In this document: positions 34,180 through 46,720 of the stretch, piece after piece
How the letters are laid out: each line of letters begins with the position of its first letter
How positions within the stretch are numbered: position 1 is the first letter of the stretch
Origin: Lama guanicoe
Lineage: Eukaryota
Direction: 5' to 3'
Assembly (NCBI GenBank): GCA_013239625.1
Contig: MU053881.1
Location: 16,050,373-16,114,372, forward strand
Length of the DNA: 64,000 bases
Position numbers and translations under genes: made by a program
The notes under the pieces: generated by a model
The model's input: only the letters and a program-made list of their open reading frames with translations
Told to the model about the DNA's origin: nothing
The model's database searches: none

Positions 34180-34480
34180 TTTTTTTTTATGGAGGCGTAA
34201 CATGCACACAAAATAAAGTACACAATTTCCCAAGTGTAGTTTGATGAAATGTCACAAAATGTACAGACCTGTAACTAGCACTCAGACCAGGGAACAGAAC
34301 ATTCTAGGCCCTGGAACCACCCTAACTGGCCCCCGGAGAAGAACCTGCAGTCCTGGAATCTAACATCGTCTGTGAACTTGACGTCTATGAAATCACATGT
34401 ACTTGTACCTGGCCTGTCACTGAAAAAGTGTAAGGTGGAGATGCCATGCATGTCACTGCATGAAGCATCGTTTGTTCTTT
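34180..34480 (-). mobile_element. Old L1M fragment
   Basis: taacatgcacacaaaataaagtacaca...cctgtaactagcactcagacc...aacagaacatt. Confidence 0.6.
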
Positions 34481-34589
34481 TTTTTCTTTTCTTTTAAATA
34501 ATAAGCTCAAATTTACTTCTAGGGCACAATCCGGTTAGAAAATAATTTCCATGTTTTTCATAGCATTGTTCATTCTTAATGCTGCTGAC

Positions 34590-34712
34590 CAGCACTTCTC
34601 AGCCTCGGCACTGCTGACACCCGGCCCCTGTGCAGTGTGACACTCAGAATGTCTCTAGACAAGGCCAAGTGGCTCCTGCGAGCAGAACTGGGCCCCCAGT
34701 GAGAACCACTGC
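34590..34712 (-). mobile_element. MER20 fragment
   Basis: ttctcagcctcggcactgctgaca...gagaaccactg. Confidence 0.65.
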
Positions 34713-34727
34713 TGTGCATGGAGTAGT

Positions 34728-35063
34728 CCAGGGGTCAGCAAACTAGGGTCTGTTTTTGCACAGCCTCTGAGCTGAGAACGGTTCTTTTTATTTTTTTGAA
34801 TTTTTTGGGGGGTTCCCCCCCAAATTGGGTTTACTTATTTATTTCTTTATTTTTAGTGGAGGTACTGGGGATTGAACCCTGGACCTCATGCAGGCTAAAT
34901 GTGTGCTCTACCACTGAGCTATAATCTCCCCTGGTTCTTAAGTTTTTAAAGGGTCATTAAGAAACAAAACCAAGCAGAAAGAACAGGTAACAGAGACTGC
35001 TTTGCCCTCGAAGCTGAAAATATGTATTATCTGCCCCTCTCTAAAGAGTTTGCCGACCCCTGT
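34728..35063 (+). mobile_element. MER58B interrupted by a SINE (~34782-34932, minus)
   Basis: TIRs caggggtcagcaaact ... agtttgccgacccctg. Confidence 0.8.
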
Positions 35064-35474
35064 GTGGATATATCGCAATGTGTTTATTCATTTAATCTTC
35101 TTTGGGTGGGCATTTGCGGGGGGTTTCCCGGGCTGGGGGCTGTTATAAAATGAGGCTGCTGCGTGCGTGTGTCTCTGGGTGAGCAAACGTATGCTTTTGG
35201 TTGTCACACATCTGCAGGGGAAACCGCCGACAGTTTTCTGCAGTGGTTGGCCCCATTCGTGCCCTCCCAGCAGCGTGCTGGGTGGTGTTCCCTCTGGGTA
35301 TCCTAGACGTCTGGGCAGGTGTGGAGAATACCCTGTGTGGTTTCAAAGAATTGAAAAAATATTTAATTGTGGTAGAATACACATCATGTAAAATTTGCCT
35401 TCTTGACCATTTTTAAGTGTATGGCTCAGTGGTGTGAAGTACATCCACATTGCTGGGCAAAAGCCCTGTGAGGT

Positions 35475-35772
35475 TTTTATTTTTTTTAATGTATTTATTT
35501 ATGACAGGGGGAGGTAATCAGGTTTGTCTATTTGTTTGTTTATTTAATGGAGGTACTAGGGATTGAACCCAGGTCTTCGTGCATGCTAAGCACACTACCA
35601 CTGAGCTATACCCTACCCCCCAAACATAATGTTGAGATCATATTTTATTTTGGGGGGGAGGTAATTAGGTTTGGTTATTTATATTAATTTTTTAACAGAG
35701 GTACTGGGGATTGAACTCAGGGCCTCGTGCACGCTAAACACACACTCTGCCGCTGAGCTACGCCTTCCTGCC
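35475..35772 (-). mobile_element. Two adjacent tRNA-Ala SINE copies
   Basis: Two ggaggtaat...gattgaac...gagcta units. Confidence 0.85.
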
Positions 35773-35964
35773 CCAGAAGGCCTGCAGTTTTAATTAGCAT
35801 TTCCCTATGGCTAATGACAAGAGCCCCCTTCCGTGTGCTCACTGTCACTGGACTACTCTCCTTGGTGAGGCCTCAAGGAGGGTGTGGGTCAGATCTCAGA
35901 GTGACTGGTAAGCCCGGGGGCGCCCATGCAGGAGGGGGCACGGACAGCTGGGCCCACCACTTAC

Positions 35965-36065
35965 TGCTTCTTGGTGGCAGGGAGGAAGCCCACCATCTCC
36001 ATGGCCTGCTTGAGTCTTTCAAAGTCGTGCTTCAGGTCCTCCCCATCTTCGATCTTCAAGTTATG
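35965..36065 (-). CDS. MYO9B: MYO9B exon ~6
   Basis: [34 protein letters not shown]. Confidence 0.96.
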
Positions 36066-36330
36066 CTGAAAAACAACGTCAGCAGCGCTCTGGGTATTTC
36101 AGGGCTGGTGAGGGTGGCGTGCGGGAATGATTTTGGCTGGAACCGATAGAGCAGGGCCCAGGACACGGGGAATGAATGGGCTCCTTTATGCTGCCCCACT
36201 CTGGGCCTCCTTGGAGCCGGTTTGGGGGCCGGAGAGGGCCAAGGCGGATGGCCTCTGACCTCCCGGCAGTGCGTAAACAGCCTGTGGGGAACAGAGGCTG
36301 TGTTTGTGGCCGGGGCTCGGGGCTGTTTAC

Positions 36331-36430
36331 CTGGTTGAGGTAGAAATAATCTTCAGGCTGCTTGAGCTGAAATTCCTGACGCTCTTCCTCGCTGACGCCA
36401 AGTAACAAATAATAAAACACGTGGTAGTTC
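36331..36430 (-). CDS. MYO9B: MYO9B exon ~5
   Basis: [33 protein letters not shown]. Confidence 0.97.
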
Positions 36431-36912
36431 CTGTAGGTCAAAATTAGGAGAAAAAAGTTGTTTTTGGAGGCCGAGCAACAGCTACTCTTCAAACCGCTAC
36501 TAATATTGCTTTGGAGATCACACCAGGGAGGAAAAAGCACCTCGAGTATGTACAAATTTGAGACAGTAAGTTGATTCTTATTATGTCAAAACAAAACAAA
36601 ACAAAACAAAAACCAAAACCCAAGCCATGAGTTTCTCCAGTGAGTAGATGCCTCAAGGGGTGGGCCTGTCTCGCTCACTGGTGGAGCAGAGATGCTTCTA
36701 ATTTACCCACCTTTTGGCAGACATCTGAGCACCTACTCCAGGTAAAAAGCCTTGGGCAGGCACAAAAATAAGCATGAGAAGGTGGCAAAGCTCATGCTCC
36801 TAGGAGATCTGCCCTAGCCTCCAGCAGGTTTCTGCAACCTCGGGACATCTGCTTCTTCCCTGTGTTGGGAAGGAGGCAGATGTGGTGGCTCACCAAGGAA
36901 ATCTCCTCCTAC

Positions 36913-36975
36913 CTCTCATCCTTCTCCTGAGAGACCAGGCGAGACTTTTCAAGCAGGTATTTTTCAACAACAGCT
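36913..36975 (-). CDS. MYO9B: MYO9B exon ~4
   Basis: AVVEKYLLEKSRLVSQEKDER (YLLEKSR myosin motif). Confidence 0.96.
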
Positions 36976-37819
36976 CTGTCATTAAGAGGACAAAGAAGAA
37001 CAAATTAATTAACAAATTAATACTGTTTCCTTGGAGAAGAGGAGTGATTTGTTAACTGTGGTGAAGCCAGCTGTGGATTAACTTCCTTGGACTCGAGGTA
37101 AACACAGGTACCTAAAGGCAATCACCTTAAGTGTTGTAAGTATCATCTCACCCTAAAGGGAAAAGCAGTCACCCTAAAGGTGCCTTGCCCTGCTACTACC
37201 ATCTATAAAATAAGGAACCTGGGTTGGCCGTTTCTGCTCCCCGGATCAGATTCGGGCTGATGGCTGTATGGAAGCCCAACCTGGCATCATGTAGGACCCC
37301 GCCCCCACCCTCCAAGGCGGTGGGAACTGAAGCACTTGTACCCACGTGTTCACAAGTAACACCGGAGGGTCCAACCCTGCTCCCACTGCGTCTCTGGTGA
37401 TTAAATGTTTCTCCAATTAAAAATCTAAATGTAAGATACTGGATTCACTTTTCTATTCTTTTTAGAATAGCTTTGTTAATTATTGATATACAATACACTG
37501 TGCGTGCTCAAAAGTGCAAAACGAGGTAAGTTTTGATGGTGTCCTTTAGAATCTATGCAATTTTCAATAACGGCTTCATTAGGTATAATCGATGTACAAT
37601 AAACTTAAAATGTGTGACTGGATGATTCATGACACATGCAAACACCTGTGATCCACCACCATGAACAAGATAGCAAACACATCCATCAGCCCGAAAAGTC
37701 TCCTTGGGCCCTTTGCCTCCCTGCCACCCACCCCCAAACAGCCACTGACCAACCCCACTAAAGATTAGATTGGATTTTCTAGAATTAAAAAAAATAATAA
37801 AAAAGAATCATTTAGTACG

Positions 37820-38178
37820 TACAGCTGACCCTTGAACAATGTGGATTTGAACTGTGGGTCTACTTATATTCAGATCTTTTTTTTTTAGTTTTCTTTTTTC
37901 TAGGGGGGTGGCAGTAATTAGGTTTTTACTTATTTGTTTAAATGGAGGTACTGGGGATTGAACCCAGGACCTTGTGCATGCCAAGTATGTGCTCTACCAC
38001 TGAGCTATACCCCCTTTGGATTTTTTTCCTACGTGATCTGAGGTTGGTTGAATCCACGGATGTGGAACCACAGATATGTAGGAACTGTGGATGTGGAGGA
38101 ACCACAGATACACGGAGCTGACTATAAGTTATACTTGGACTTTCAACTAACTCCCGTGTTGTTCATGGGTCAAATGGA
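37820..38178 (+). mobile_element. Tigger2-type MITE containing a SINE (~37877-38014), inside an L1M fragment (~37450-38330)
   Basis: TIRs cagctgacccttgaacaa ... ttgttcatgggtcaaatg. Confidence 0.8.
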
Positions 38179-39444
38179 TATTGTATCTGCCTTCTTTCAC
38201 TCAGCCCAATGCTAAGATTCAGCTGCCTTGTAGCATGTATCAGACCTTCATTCTTTTTTATGGCTGAATAATATTCTACACATATAGACACACCACATTT
38301 TGTTTATTCACTCATCAGTTGATTGACGGCTGACGGAAATGAGTCCATGAGGCTGTGTGGGGGCTGGGCCAGGGACAGGGCACCTGGGCAGCCACACCCT
38401 CCATGCTAACAGAGACATCACACATTCCTTGGAGATCTATGAGTCTCTGGGCACAGCTTTAATTTAATGCCATGGATTTAAATGCCCCCTGGGATGGGCA
38501 TGACGGTTCCCATATATGGATGCTGCCCCACAGAGGGAAGGTTGCCTGGCGGGGACCCACTATCACCAAGGATGTGAGATGTACGGGTCTGCAGGCCACC
38601 CTCATCCGAACCCATCCTATTATACAGAAGGGGTAGCCGGTGCCTGCGGGTGGTAGGGTCGGCTCCTGGTCCAGGGCTTGCTGGATGCTGCCTGCCTCTC
38701 TCTCTAGGAAGGCAGTCTTCTGTCTGCAGCCTTCTCAGATTCCTGCACACACAACCTGCATGCAGGGGTTCCCAAGGGTTCAGCCTGTGTTGTCTCTTTG
38801 AAACCCGTATTTTCTTCCATTCCCTCCCCTAGCCAGTAACTTGGAGTTATAAGCAGTTTGTTTTCCTGGGAAGGGAGGTGGAATCTGGTTCTAGACTCAT
38901 GTTTCAGTCTCAATCTAGCTGATTCCCTGTGCTGTGTTGGCCCATGGGCAAGGACAGCGACCCCATGGGCACTGAGCTGGCATTTGATCGGCCACAGACC
39001 TTTCCCTTTGCTGATCATTCTGGAAGCCTACAGGGGTCTTGCTGGGAGCCAGGAATTCCCTGGCACTGAACCCTGAGCCCACAGGAAGACGAAGCTTTGC
39101 AAATTGGGGAACTGGGGAAAGGCCTGGACTGCCCCTGACCCTTGGCCTAGGCGGAAAAGTGGCAGCGAGAAGTGTCACCTGTCCCAAAGCAGAACCGAGT
39201 CTAGGCCTACTCCTGGTGAGCTGGCTGCAGCCACTCCCTGGACGGGAAGTGCACCCTCCTCTTTGGAGTGTGGGCAGGTCAGAGTCAAGGGCCAAAGCAG
39301 GACTTCCTTCCCTGAGTCCAAGGCCACCGATACAACTCTTAGAAGCTGGTCTGTGAGATCCAGCCACCCGGAGCCTCTGGTCCTGAGCCTGATGGGAGCC
39401 AAGGCAGACAGGGCAGGCCAGACACTTAGCCGAGGGCCAGTCCT

Positions 39445-39878
39445 GCTGGTGAGCTGGGGTGAACGGTGGCCCCCAGAAATGTCCACCTGGGACCCATGAC
39501 TGTGACTGTGAAAAAAGGTCTTTGCAGATCCAATAAAGTGAAGGATCTGGAGATGAGAACCTCCTTCATGATCCAGACAGGCCCTAAATCCAAGGACACA
39601 TGTCCTAAAAGACAGAAGAGATGATCACAGGGGAGAAGGCCATGTGAAGACAGAGGCAGAGACTGGGTGATGTGTCCACAATCAAGGATGCCTGGGGCCA
39701 CCAGAAGCTGGAAGAGACCAGGAGAGATCCTTCCCTGGAGCCTCTGGAGGGAGCGCAGCCCTGCCCATACCTTGATCTTGGACTTCTGGCCTTCAGAACT
39801 GTAGGGGAATAAGCTCCCACTGTTTGGAGCCAGTTGGTTTGTGGTACCTTGTTTCAGCAGCCATAGGACATGAAACAG
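39445..39878 (+). mobile_element. MLT1C/D-type solo LTR
   Basis: ggtctttgcagat...ggccatgtgaagacagaggcagag...ccttgatcttggacttctggcc. Confidence 0.85.
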
Positions 39879-41214
39879 AGACCATGTGAAGAACAGAGCT
39901 AGGCAAAGGTGTCTGGGGGGAACAGGGCCTGCTGGTAGCAAAAGCTCTGGCTTCTGGCCTGAGGTCTGCAGGGCCAGCCTGGGACTCAGGGAAACAAAAG
40001 GCAGCCTTTTGGTGTCTCTGCTCCTGCCAAAGGAGTCCCTGTTTCTGAATTATAGCAACAGTTTATTTTTGTGTGTCTGCCTGGTAACATACTCTGGGCA
40101 TTGCCTGCTGGACAAGAGGCTTTGCAACGTGGCAGACACCACTGTGTAAAATATGGACCTGCGGGAGAAAAATACATTTAAATTAAGAAGAGAGGGTCTT
40201 TGTGGAGAAAAGGCTGAGACCTGCGGGGCAGGTGGGGTCAGGTGGGTGGCTCTGGGCCCAGGAGGACTCAGGAAGGCACCACCTGATGACCCATGGTGGC
40301 GCTGAGGCCATGGGGAGAACTGTCCGCTTCCAAGTGTCCCTGAAGGCTAAAGGGCAAACGCAGCAGTTATCAAGAGTCTCTCTCCCACACCCCTGCCTGT
40401 CCAAGCCTGGGTAGCAGGAAAAAGGAAGGAAGCCAGAGGCTGAAGGATTCAGGAAAACAACATTCCTGTTCATGTCTTGAATGTGCATCATCAAGTCAAA
40501 CGATCATCAGGTCTACACGGACCAATCAGGTTTAGATGGACCGAAAAACCTGGAAACTTTAAAATCAATCCCCCAGAGGACCTCTCCCTTCCTGCAACAC
40601 CAGTGCCTTCTCGCAGCCTTCAGGGGCCTGTTGCTCAGGTCTCCCCATATTAGGGCTTCTCACCCTGCTGCTCAGACCATCACCTGGGGCCTTTGCAAAT
40701 CCCACTGCCACTGCAGACCCTCATACCAGAATGTGGAGGAAGGAGGGTGCCTTGGAGCAACTAGGCAATGGACTGCGCCAAAATGCCTTTTCTCCCCACA
40801 ACTTTGAAATACTTTTATTGGCTCATAGGACCTCTACATACTGAAAAAAAAAAACCAAAACATTAAGCAGTATTAAATCACAACTACATTTTTTTAACTA
40901 ATTGAAACTGCTCAAAATATACATTTTTTAAAGAAAAAAAATCCTACAGAACTGAATTCTGAAATGACTTTATGACTTAAACAGGTAATTCCTTGTAACA
41001 TTAATTCATTGTATAAAGCTGCCAGACATCTTCATTAGTATAACCATTGCACAGAGTGCAAATGAACACAATTTCAATGCTACATGTTTAGTTGGAAGTA
41101 ACTGTGCCACCACCTAAAGAACTCACATTTCTGGCACAAAATGTTGATCTGTTTTAACTTTCACCAGGCAGCCAACTTCACAATTCAGTTACCAAGTATA
41201 GACTCACCCACCTA

Positions 41215-41845
41215 TTATTCATCCATGTATCTATCTAAATTCATCAATCTACCCACCCATCCTCTCATGAATCTACCATCTACCAAAGAATCCATGAATC
41301 CATCCATCCATCCACCCATCCATGAATCCACCCATCCATCCATTTGTCCAACCATAAATCTCCCATCAAATCAAACCATCCGTGAATGTACCCATCCATC
41401 CATTTGTTGTTGTTTTTTTATATATAAATGTTTTTTATTGAGTTATAGTCATTTTACAATGTTGTGCCAAATTCCAGTGTAGAGCACAACTTTTCAGTTA
41501 TACATGAACATACAGACATTCATTGTCACATTCTCTTTGGCTGTGAGCCACCACAAGACCCTGTATATACTTCCCTGTGCTACACAGTACAATCTTGTTT
41601 ATCTATTCTACATTTTGAAATCCCAGTCCCTTCCCACCCCCTGTACCCATTCATCCTTGAATCCATCCATCAACCATCATCCATCCATCCATTTATCCAC
41701 CCATGAATCCATCCATCCATGAATCTCTCCATCCATCCATCAATCCATCAATCCATCCATCAATGAATCCAACTATCCATCCATCCACCCATGAATACAT
41801 CCATCCATCAATCTACCCTCCATCCCTCCATTCTACCCACTCCTT
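41215..41845. repeat. (CCAT)n degenerate microsatellite split by an L1 3' end (~41412-41642, minus)
   Basis: ccatccatcc arrays on both sides of ttttttattgagttatagtc...ttccctgtgcta. Confidence 0.85.
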
Positions 41846-42349
41846 CCTTGAAAAACTGCCTCACTTTGCTACCTAGCACCATGTCTCTTTTTGGCTAAAG
41901 GGGCATGTCTGGCAAGTGTCAGAGTCTATATCAACTCTCTGTGGCATCCCTAGACCCACTCAACTAGAAACATCAAGACCAGGAAATAGATTGGTGTGCC
42001 CTTGCCAGTTCTTGGCAAACCCCATCACACTAGGACCTCCAGCTCATTGTACTTACTCCGTGGGAGCTTAGACCCATGCTTGACACCCCAGAGGACGATC
42101 CGGGGATGGTAGGATTGGTTATGGTGCCACCCCTCCCCCACCTATGCCTCCCACCACTACCCACTGCTCAGACTTTCACATCAGTGACTTAAAATCATGC
42201 TTGCTTCCCTGTACAATTCACAAGTGCCTGGAAGGCCAGCATTTCAAGCACCCAGCTCCCTGCTGGCTCAGGCCTGGCTCTCCACTGCAGGGAAGCCCAG
42301 GACCCCAGACCCAGGCTGGAGTGCACAGCGTGGGCAGCTGCCAACTCAC

Positions 42350-42444
42350 CCTCTCACGATGCCACTCTCCAGGTAGTTGACCTGGATGAATTTCCCAAAT
42401 CGGCTGGAATTGTTGTTGTGGGCTGTTTTAGCATTCCCAAAAGC
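42350..42444 (-). CDS. MYO9B: MYO9B exon ~3, switch I
   Basis: [32 protein letters not shown]. Confidence 0.98.
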
Positions 42445-42724
42445 CTGCAAGGAAAACAAAAGCAGGTTTTTAGGTTGTGAGCACAAACTTTCTACAGGCT
42501 GCGGCCTGGGAGCCTGGGAGCTCCCTCTGTGTGCTGTGGACCCTGGCTCGCTGGAGGTCACTCAGTGACTCCAGGTGAGATCTGGAAAACACGAGGGTAG
42601 GTGGCCCTAGGGCATCCTAAGGGCTTCCACTTTATCTCTATGTCTGGGTTGCAGGAGGGGCTCAAGTTTTAAGTCCTGGATGTTAGAAACGCCAATTGTC
42701 GGAATTCTTTTTCCGTAATAATTG

Positions 42725-43085
42725 TTCACATAGCAAAATTGTTCACTGTGGGCCAAACCCAGTCCACTGCATGTTTTTTGTACTGCCTGTGAAGCCAGGA
42801 GTGGTTTTTACATTTGTAAATGGTTTAAAAAAAGAAAAAAAAAGAAAAACAACCCCAAGAAGAGTAGTATTTCCTGCCATGTGAAAATTCTGTTCACGTT
42901 TCAGGGTCCATAAAATGAAGTGTGTTGGCCCACGGCCAGGCCTGTTCATTTACTGATTGTCCACGACTGCTTTTGTGCTGTGACCGCAGGGGAGCTGCGA
43001 CAGAGACCGTCTGGCCTTCAAAGCCAAAAATATTTACTATCCAGAATATTTACTTTCCAAAAGGAGTTTGCTAGGCCGTGGGCTG
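42725..43085 (+). mobile_element. MER58B
   Basis: gtggtttttacatttgtaaatggtt...aaagccaaaaatatttactatc...gagtttgc. Confidence 0.75.
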
Positions 43086-43209
43086 ATATGGGCTTCAGGC
43101 TGTAGGCTGAGCACCAGCCTGGGTGTGAGGGAGCAGAAGTGCGGACAGGTCCCATCCTGCAGGGGTCTTGCAATTCTCTGGGATGGCAGGCAAGCAGGTT
43201 CACAGTAAA

Positions 43210-43670
43210 TTTTTTAAAAATTGGGGTAAAATTGGCATAACGTAAAACTGAGTGTTTTATTTTAATTTTTTAAAATTGTTTTATGGAGGTACTGGGGATT
43301 GAACCCAGGACCTCGTGCACACTAAGTAACCACTGAGCTCTACCTCCACCCCCTAAAACTAAGTATTTTAAAGTGAACAATTCAGTGGCATTTAGTATAG
43401 TCACAATATTGTGCAACCATCACCTCTATCTAGTTCTAGAACTTTCCCATCACCCCAAAAGGAAATCCATCCCCATGAGCAGTCTCTCCCCATTCTCCCT
43501 CCCCCAGCCCCTGGCAACCACGAATCTGTTTTCTGTCTCTATGAATTTGCCTGTTCTGGACATTTCATGTAAATGGGGTCATGCACTATGGTGGCTTTTT
43601 GTGTCTGGCTTCTTTCACTCAGCATGTTTTCGGGGTTCATCCATGTGGTATGAATCAGGGCTTCATTCCC
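43210..43670 (-). mobile_element. L1MB fragment with SINE insertion (~43255-43353)
   Basis: aagtgaacaattcagtggcatttag...cagcccctggcaaccac...ctggcttctttcactcagc. Confidence 0.85.
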
Positions 43671-44883
43671 AATATGCAGAGGAAAGTAGGCACAGAGTAC
43701 AGATCCTGTGGCTTGGTGGGGTCCTCCCTAGGGTCTCCCATAAGACCACCATCCAGATTACGACAGAGAATACCCTCTGTCCCTCAGCCAGGCTCCTGGG
43801 GTACCTGTTTCCTATGCAGTACCCAAACAGGGAGAACAGACAGAGAGAAGGTGTGACAGAGCCTTGGGGGAAATCAGGGCAGGGAAGATGCCTGGGGAGT
43901 GGGGTTCCTTGTTTCAGGGAATGAGAGGCCACTAGAAGTGGGGACAGTGAGGCTGGGCCGAAGAGGGGAGAGAGGCAGAGATGGCATGGGGGAGCTGTGA
44001 CACCCCAAAGTCACATGCAGAAAGGGAAGCTTAGCAGCAGCAAAAACGCTGTCAGGCTCGCGCTGTTTCCGATGTTCCCATTTGAGGAGGCTGGCCGTGC
44101 GGGAAGGGTGGGAGGCAGGGAGGCCACAGCTGGGAGGAGGTGGCAAGGCCACCGCCAAGGTCTGCTGCGGGGTGTGTCTATGTCTGCAGGTCTAGTAGGG
44201 CGGGGGACAAGGGCAGGGTGGAGAGAAGTGGCCAGGCCCTCCAGGGGAGTCAGGAACAGGGAGACACCATGAGGAGATGTGATTTTCTTGAAGCCCTCAC
44301 GCTGCAGGGCAGATGGATGCAGCTGATCATTGATCAGAGCTTCTGGTGTGACCGCCTGAAGCCAGGAGCCCCATAAAAAAGTGTCCACTGGAAAGCCTGG
44401 GATACTTCCTTGGAAAATGGCTCATTCAGCAGAGCTTAAGATCAGGGCCCCGCTTGGGCCCATGTGCCGGTCACTCTCCTGGCTGATCAGGTCACAGGAT
44501 GAGTGACTTCCTGCCCTGCTGCCCCAGGGGCTCCAGACCTGAAGCAGGCCTCGCTGTAAAGCCTGAACCAACCACCAAGCTGCCAAGCCGGGGAGTAAGA
44601 GTGGAGGAAACGGCCCTGGAGAGGCACCCCGGCCCCGACTGCAAAATCGGGGGTACCTTCAGGGTGGGAACAGGGGCTGGGCACTTCACTGGGGAGCAGT
44701 CTCCACATGGCCTTGCAGAGGCGGAGCACAGCCTGAGGCGGCGCCTTCCGGAGTCAGACAGCGGCCACAGAGCCCACCCCCTCCTCTTCTTTACAAGGTC
44801 TTGACGTGTATGCCTGAGCTACTGGCCAGCTGCTGGGGGCCGGGCCTCAGTCGACCCTGCTCTCCTGCATATTTACAGAACCC

Positions 44884-45073
44884 AGTGCAGGGTCCCTACT
44901 CTCGGCACTGCTGAGACTTGGGGGCTGGACCATTCTCTGCAGGGGGAGGCCATTATGCGCACTGTAGGGTGCTGGGCAGCATCCCTGGTCTCCACCCGCC
45001 AGATGCCAGTAGCACCTAGGACCACCAAACATGTCCCCAGAGAAAGCCGAATTGCTCGGGCTGAGAAGCACTG
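44884..45073 (-). mobile_element. MER20
   Basis: ctcggcactgctgag...gcagcatccctggtctccacccgccagatgccagtagc. Confidence 0.75.
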
Positions 45074-46529
45074 CTAGGTACCAAGGGAGGGAAGAGGGGT
45101 TTGCAAGGCAGGGTCGTTGAAGCTCCTCCTGTAAAAAGGGCCCCATGTGGGCTGCAGGCCCTGATGGGTCCTCTAGGGAAGAAAACTCTCTTTCCAGGTT
45201 TCATCTCCTCCAAGTTCAACCTTCATATGAGGGTAAAGCCCACAGGCTCCTGAGCCACCGCTCTGGGAAAAGCAGACAGCAGATCTGTCTCCTCCTTTAC
45301 TTCCAGACCCTGCGGGGTGGCGTCTGAGCTGGGGACAGGCCGGCTCTGTGAGAAAATGAGCTCCCACGAGCAAGCACACGAAGTCCTGCCTGTCCCAACT
45401 ACGAACAGATGGTGAAGGGGCACTTGAATCCCTCATGGGCTCCCTCCCAGGGCCAGTCCTGGGTCCCCGCAGTGCCTGGTTTCAGGGCCTGCCACAGTCC
45501 CCCTTGAGACGCACATTCAAATCCGGAAGAGCCACAGCAGTCCCTTCTGAACTCAGGACAAGTCTCTGCGGCGACTTCTAAGGAAACAGCCAGGCCTGGC
45601 GTCCTGGGGACAGGAGGGAATGTCTTCGGGATGTGAGGGCCCACCAGCTCTCTGGTTCTGCGATTACCAGCGCGGGGGCCCGGTGACCTCATGTGTCTGG
45701 TATGCGGTCTCAACACACTGCGACTTTTCAGAGCTGATCTAAAAATATCCGGTTGGTGCTATTATACGTCCCGTTGGAGGAGGAGGAAATACTAGCCTGG
45801 CACTTGAAGCGAGGGGAGCTATTGTGTAGCTGTCCCGGGGCTGGCCAGGGGTGTGCGTGGTCTCCAAGCACAAGGGTGGCTGGTGTACAGGGTGGATGGT
45901 GTGGGGCTGGGGACGGACGGGAGGAAGAAGGAGGGACCGGGTGCCGGCCCTGATGCGATGTACTCTGGCACTGGGGTCAGGGAGGCCATGCGCTCCTGCT
46001 GTCTTCCCACTGGGCCAGAAAATCCACAGCCCTGGCAAAATGCTTCTAGGGAAAGGCCTCTACTTTCTTAGGAATGCTTTTTTTCCCCCCTTTATAGAAT
46101 ATCAAAGACATGTTTCTAATGTAAGTTGTACGCTTTGAAAAAAAGATACAGAACCTTGCTGAAAATTTATCCAACAAAAGAGAAAAAAAGCCCACAAAGT
46201 GATGAGTCTATAATTCAACCTCACTCCCCGTCGGTTGCTAGGTAAAATGAACAAAGAGGCAGCACACATCGGTGGCCCCCAACCCTGCCAGGGATGCTCA
46301 GAGCGGGGGGATGTCCGGCCGTCTTCCAACTGCCTTTGTCTTCGAGGTTTTTCTTTTGGGAGCTTGAAAAAGGCTTTTTAAATCAAAGACATCCAGCATT
46401 GAGCAGCCTACTTAGCCAGAAATTTCCAGAAGGTGCATTTTCCATCTAAACAGGACGGCTCTTTACTCTGTTGGAATGCACGGTAAACATTCTAGGAAAG
46501 ACGGTGATATGACATCAAAGCATAGCCTG

Positions 46530-46720
46530 TGGTGTGTGCCAGCCCCACGCCAGGTGTGCTATGGGCTTCTGACTCTTGTCGAACTTCTCTAAGGGACAAA
46601 TTGGCCCTCCCCATTTCTGATGAGGGAACTGAGGCTCAGAGAGGTCAGCTGATCTCTCTGAAGCCGAGAGTGGGTGGTTGGCACAACCCGGGGTTGGAAC
46701 CCAGTGGCCCTACTCCCAGC
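46530..46720 (+). mobile_element. MIR
   Basis: cccatttctgatgagggaactgaggctcagagagg. Confidence 0.6.
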
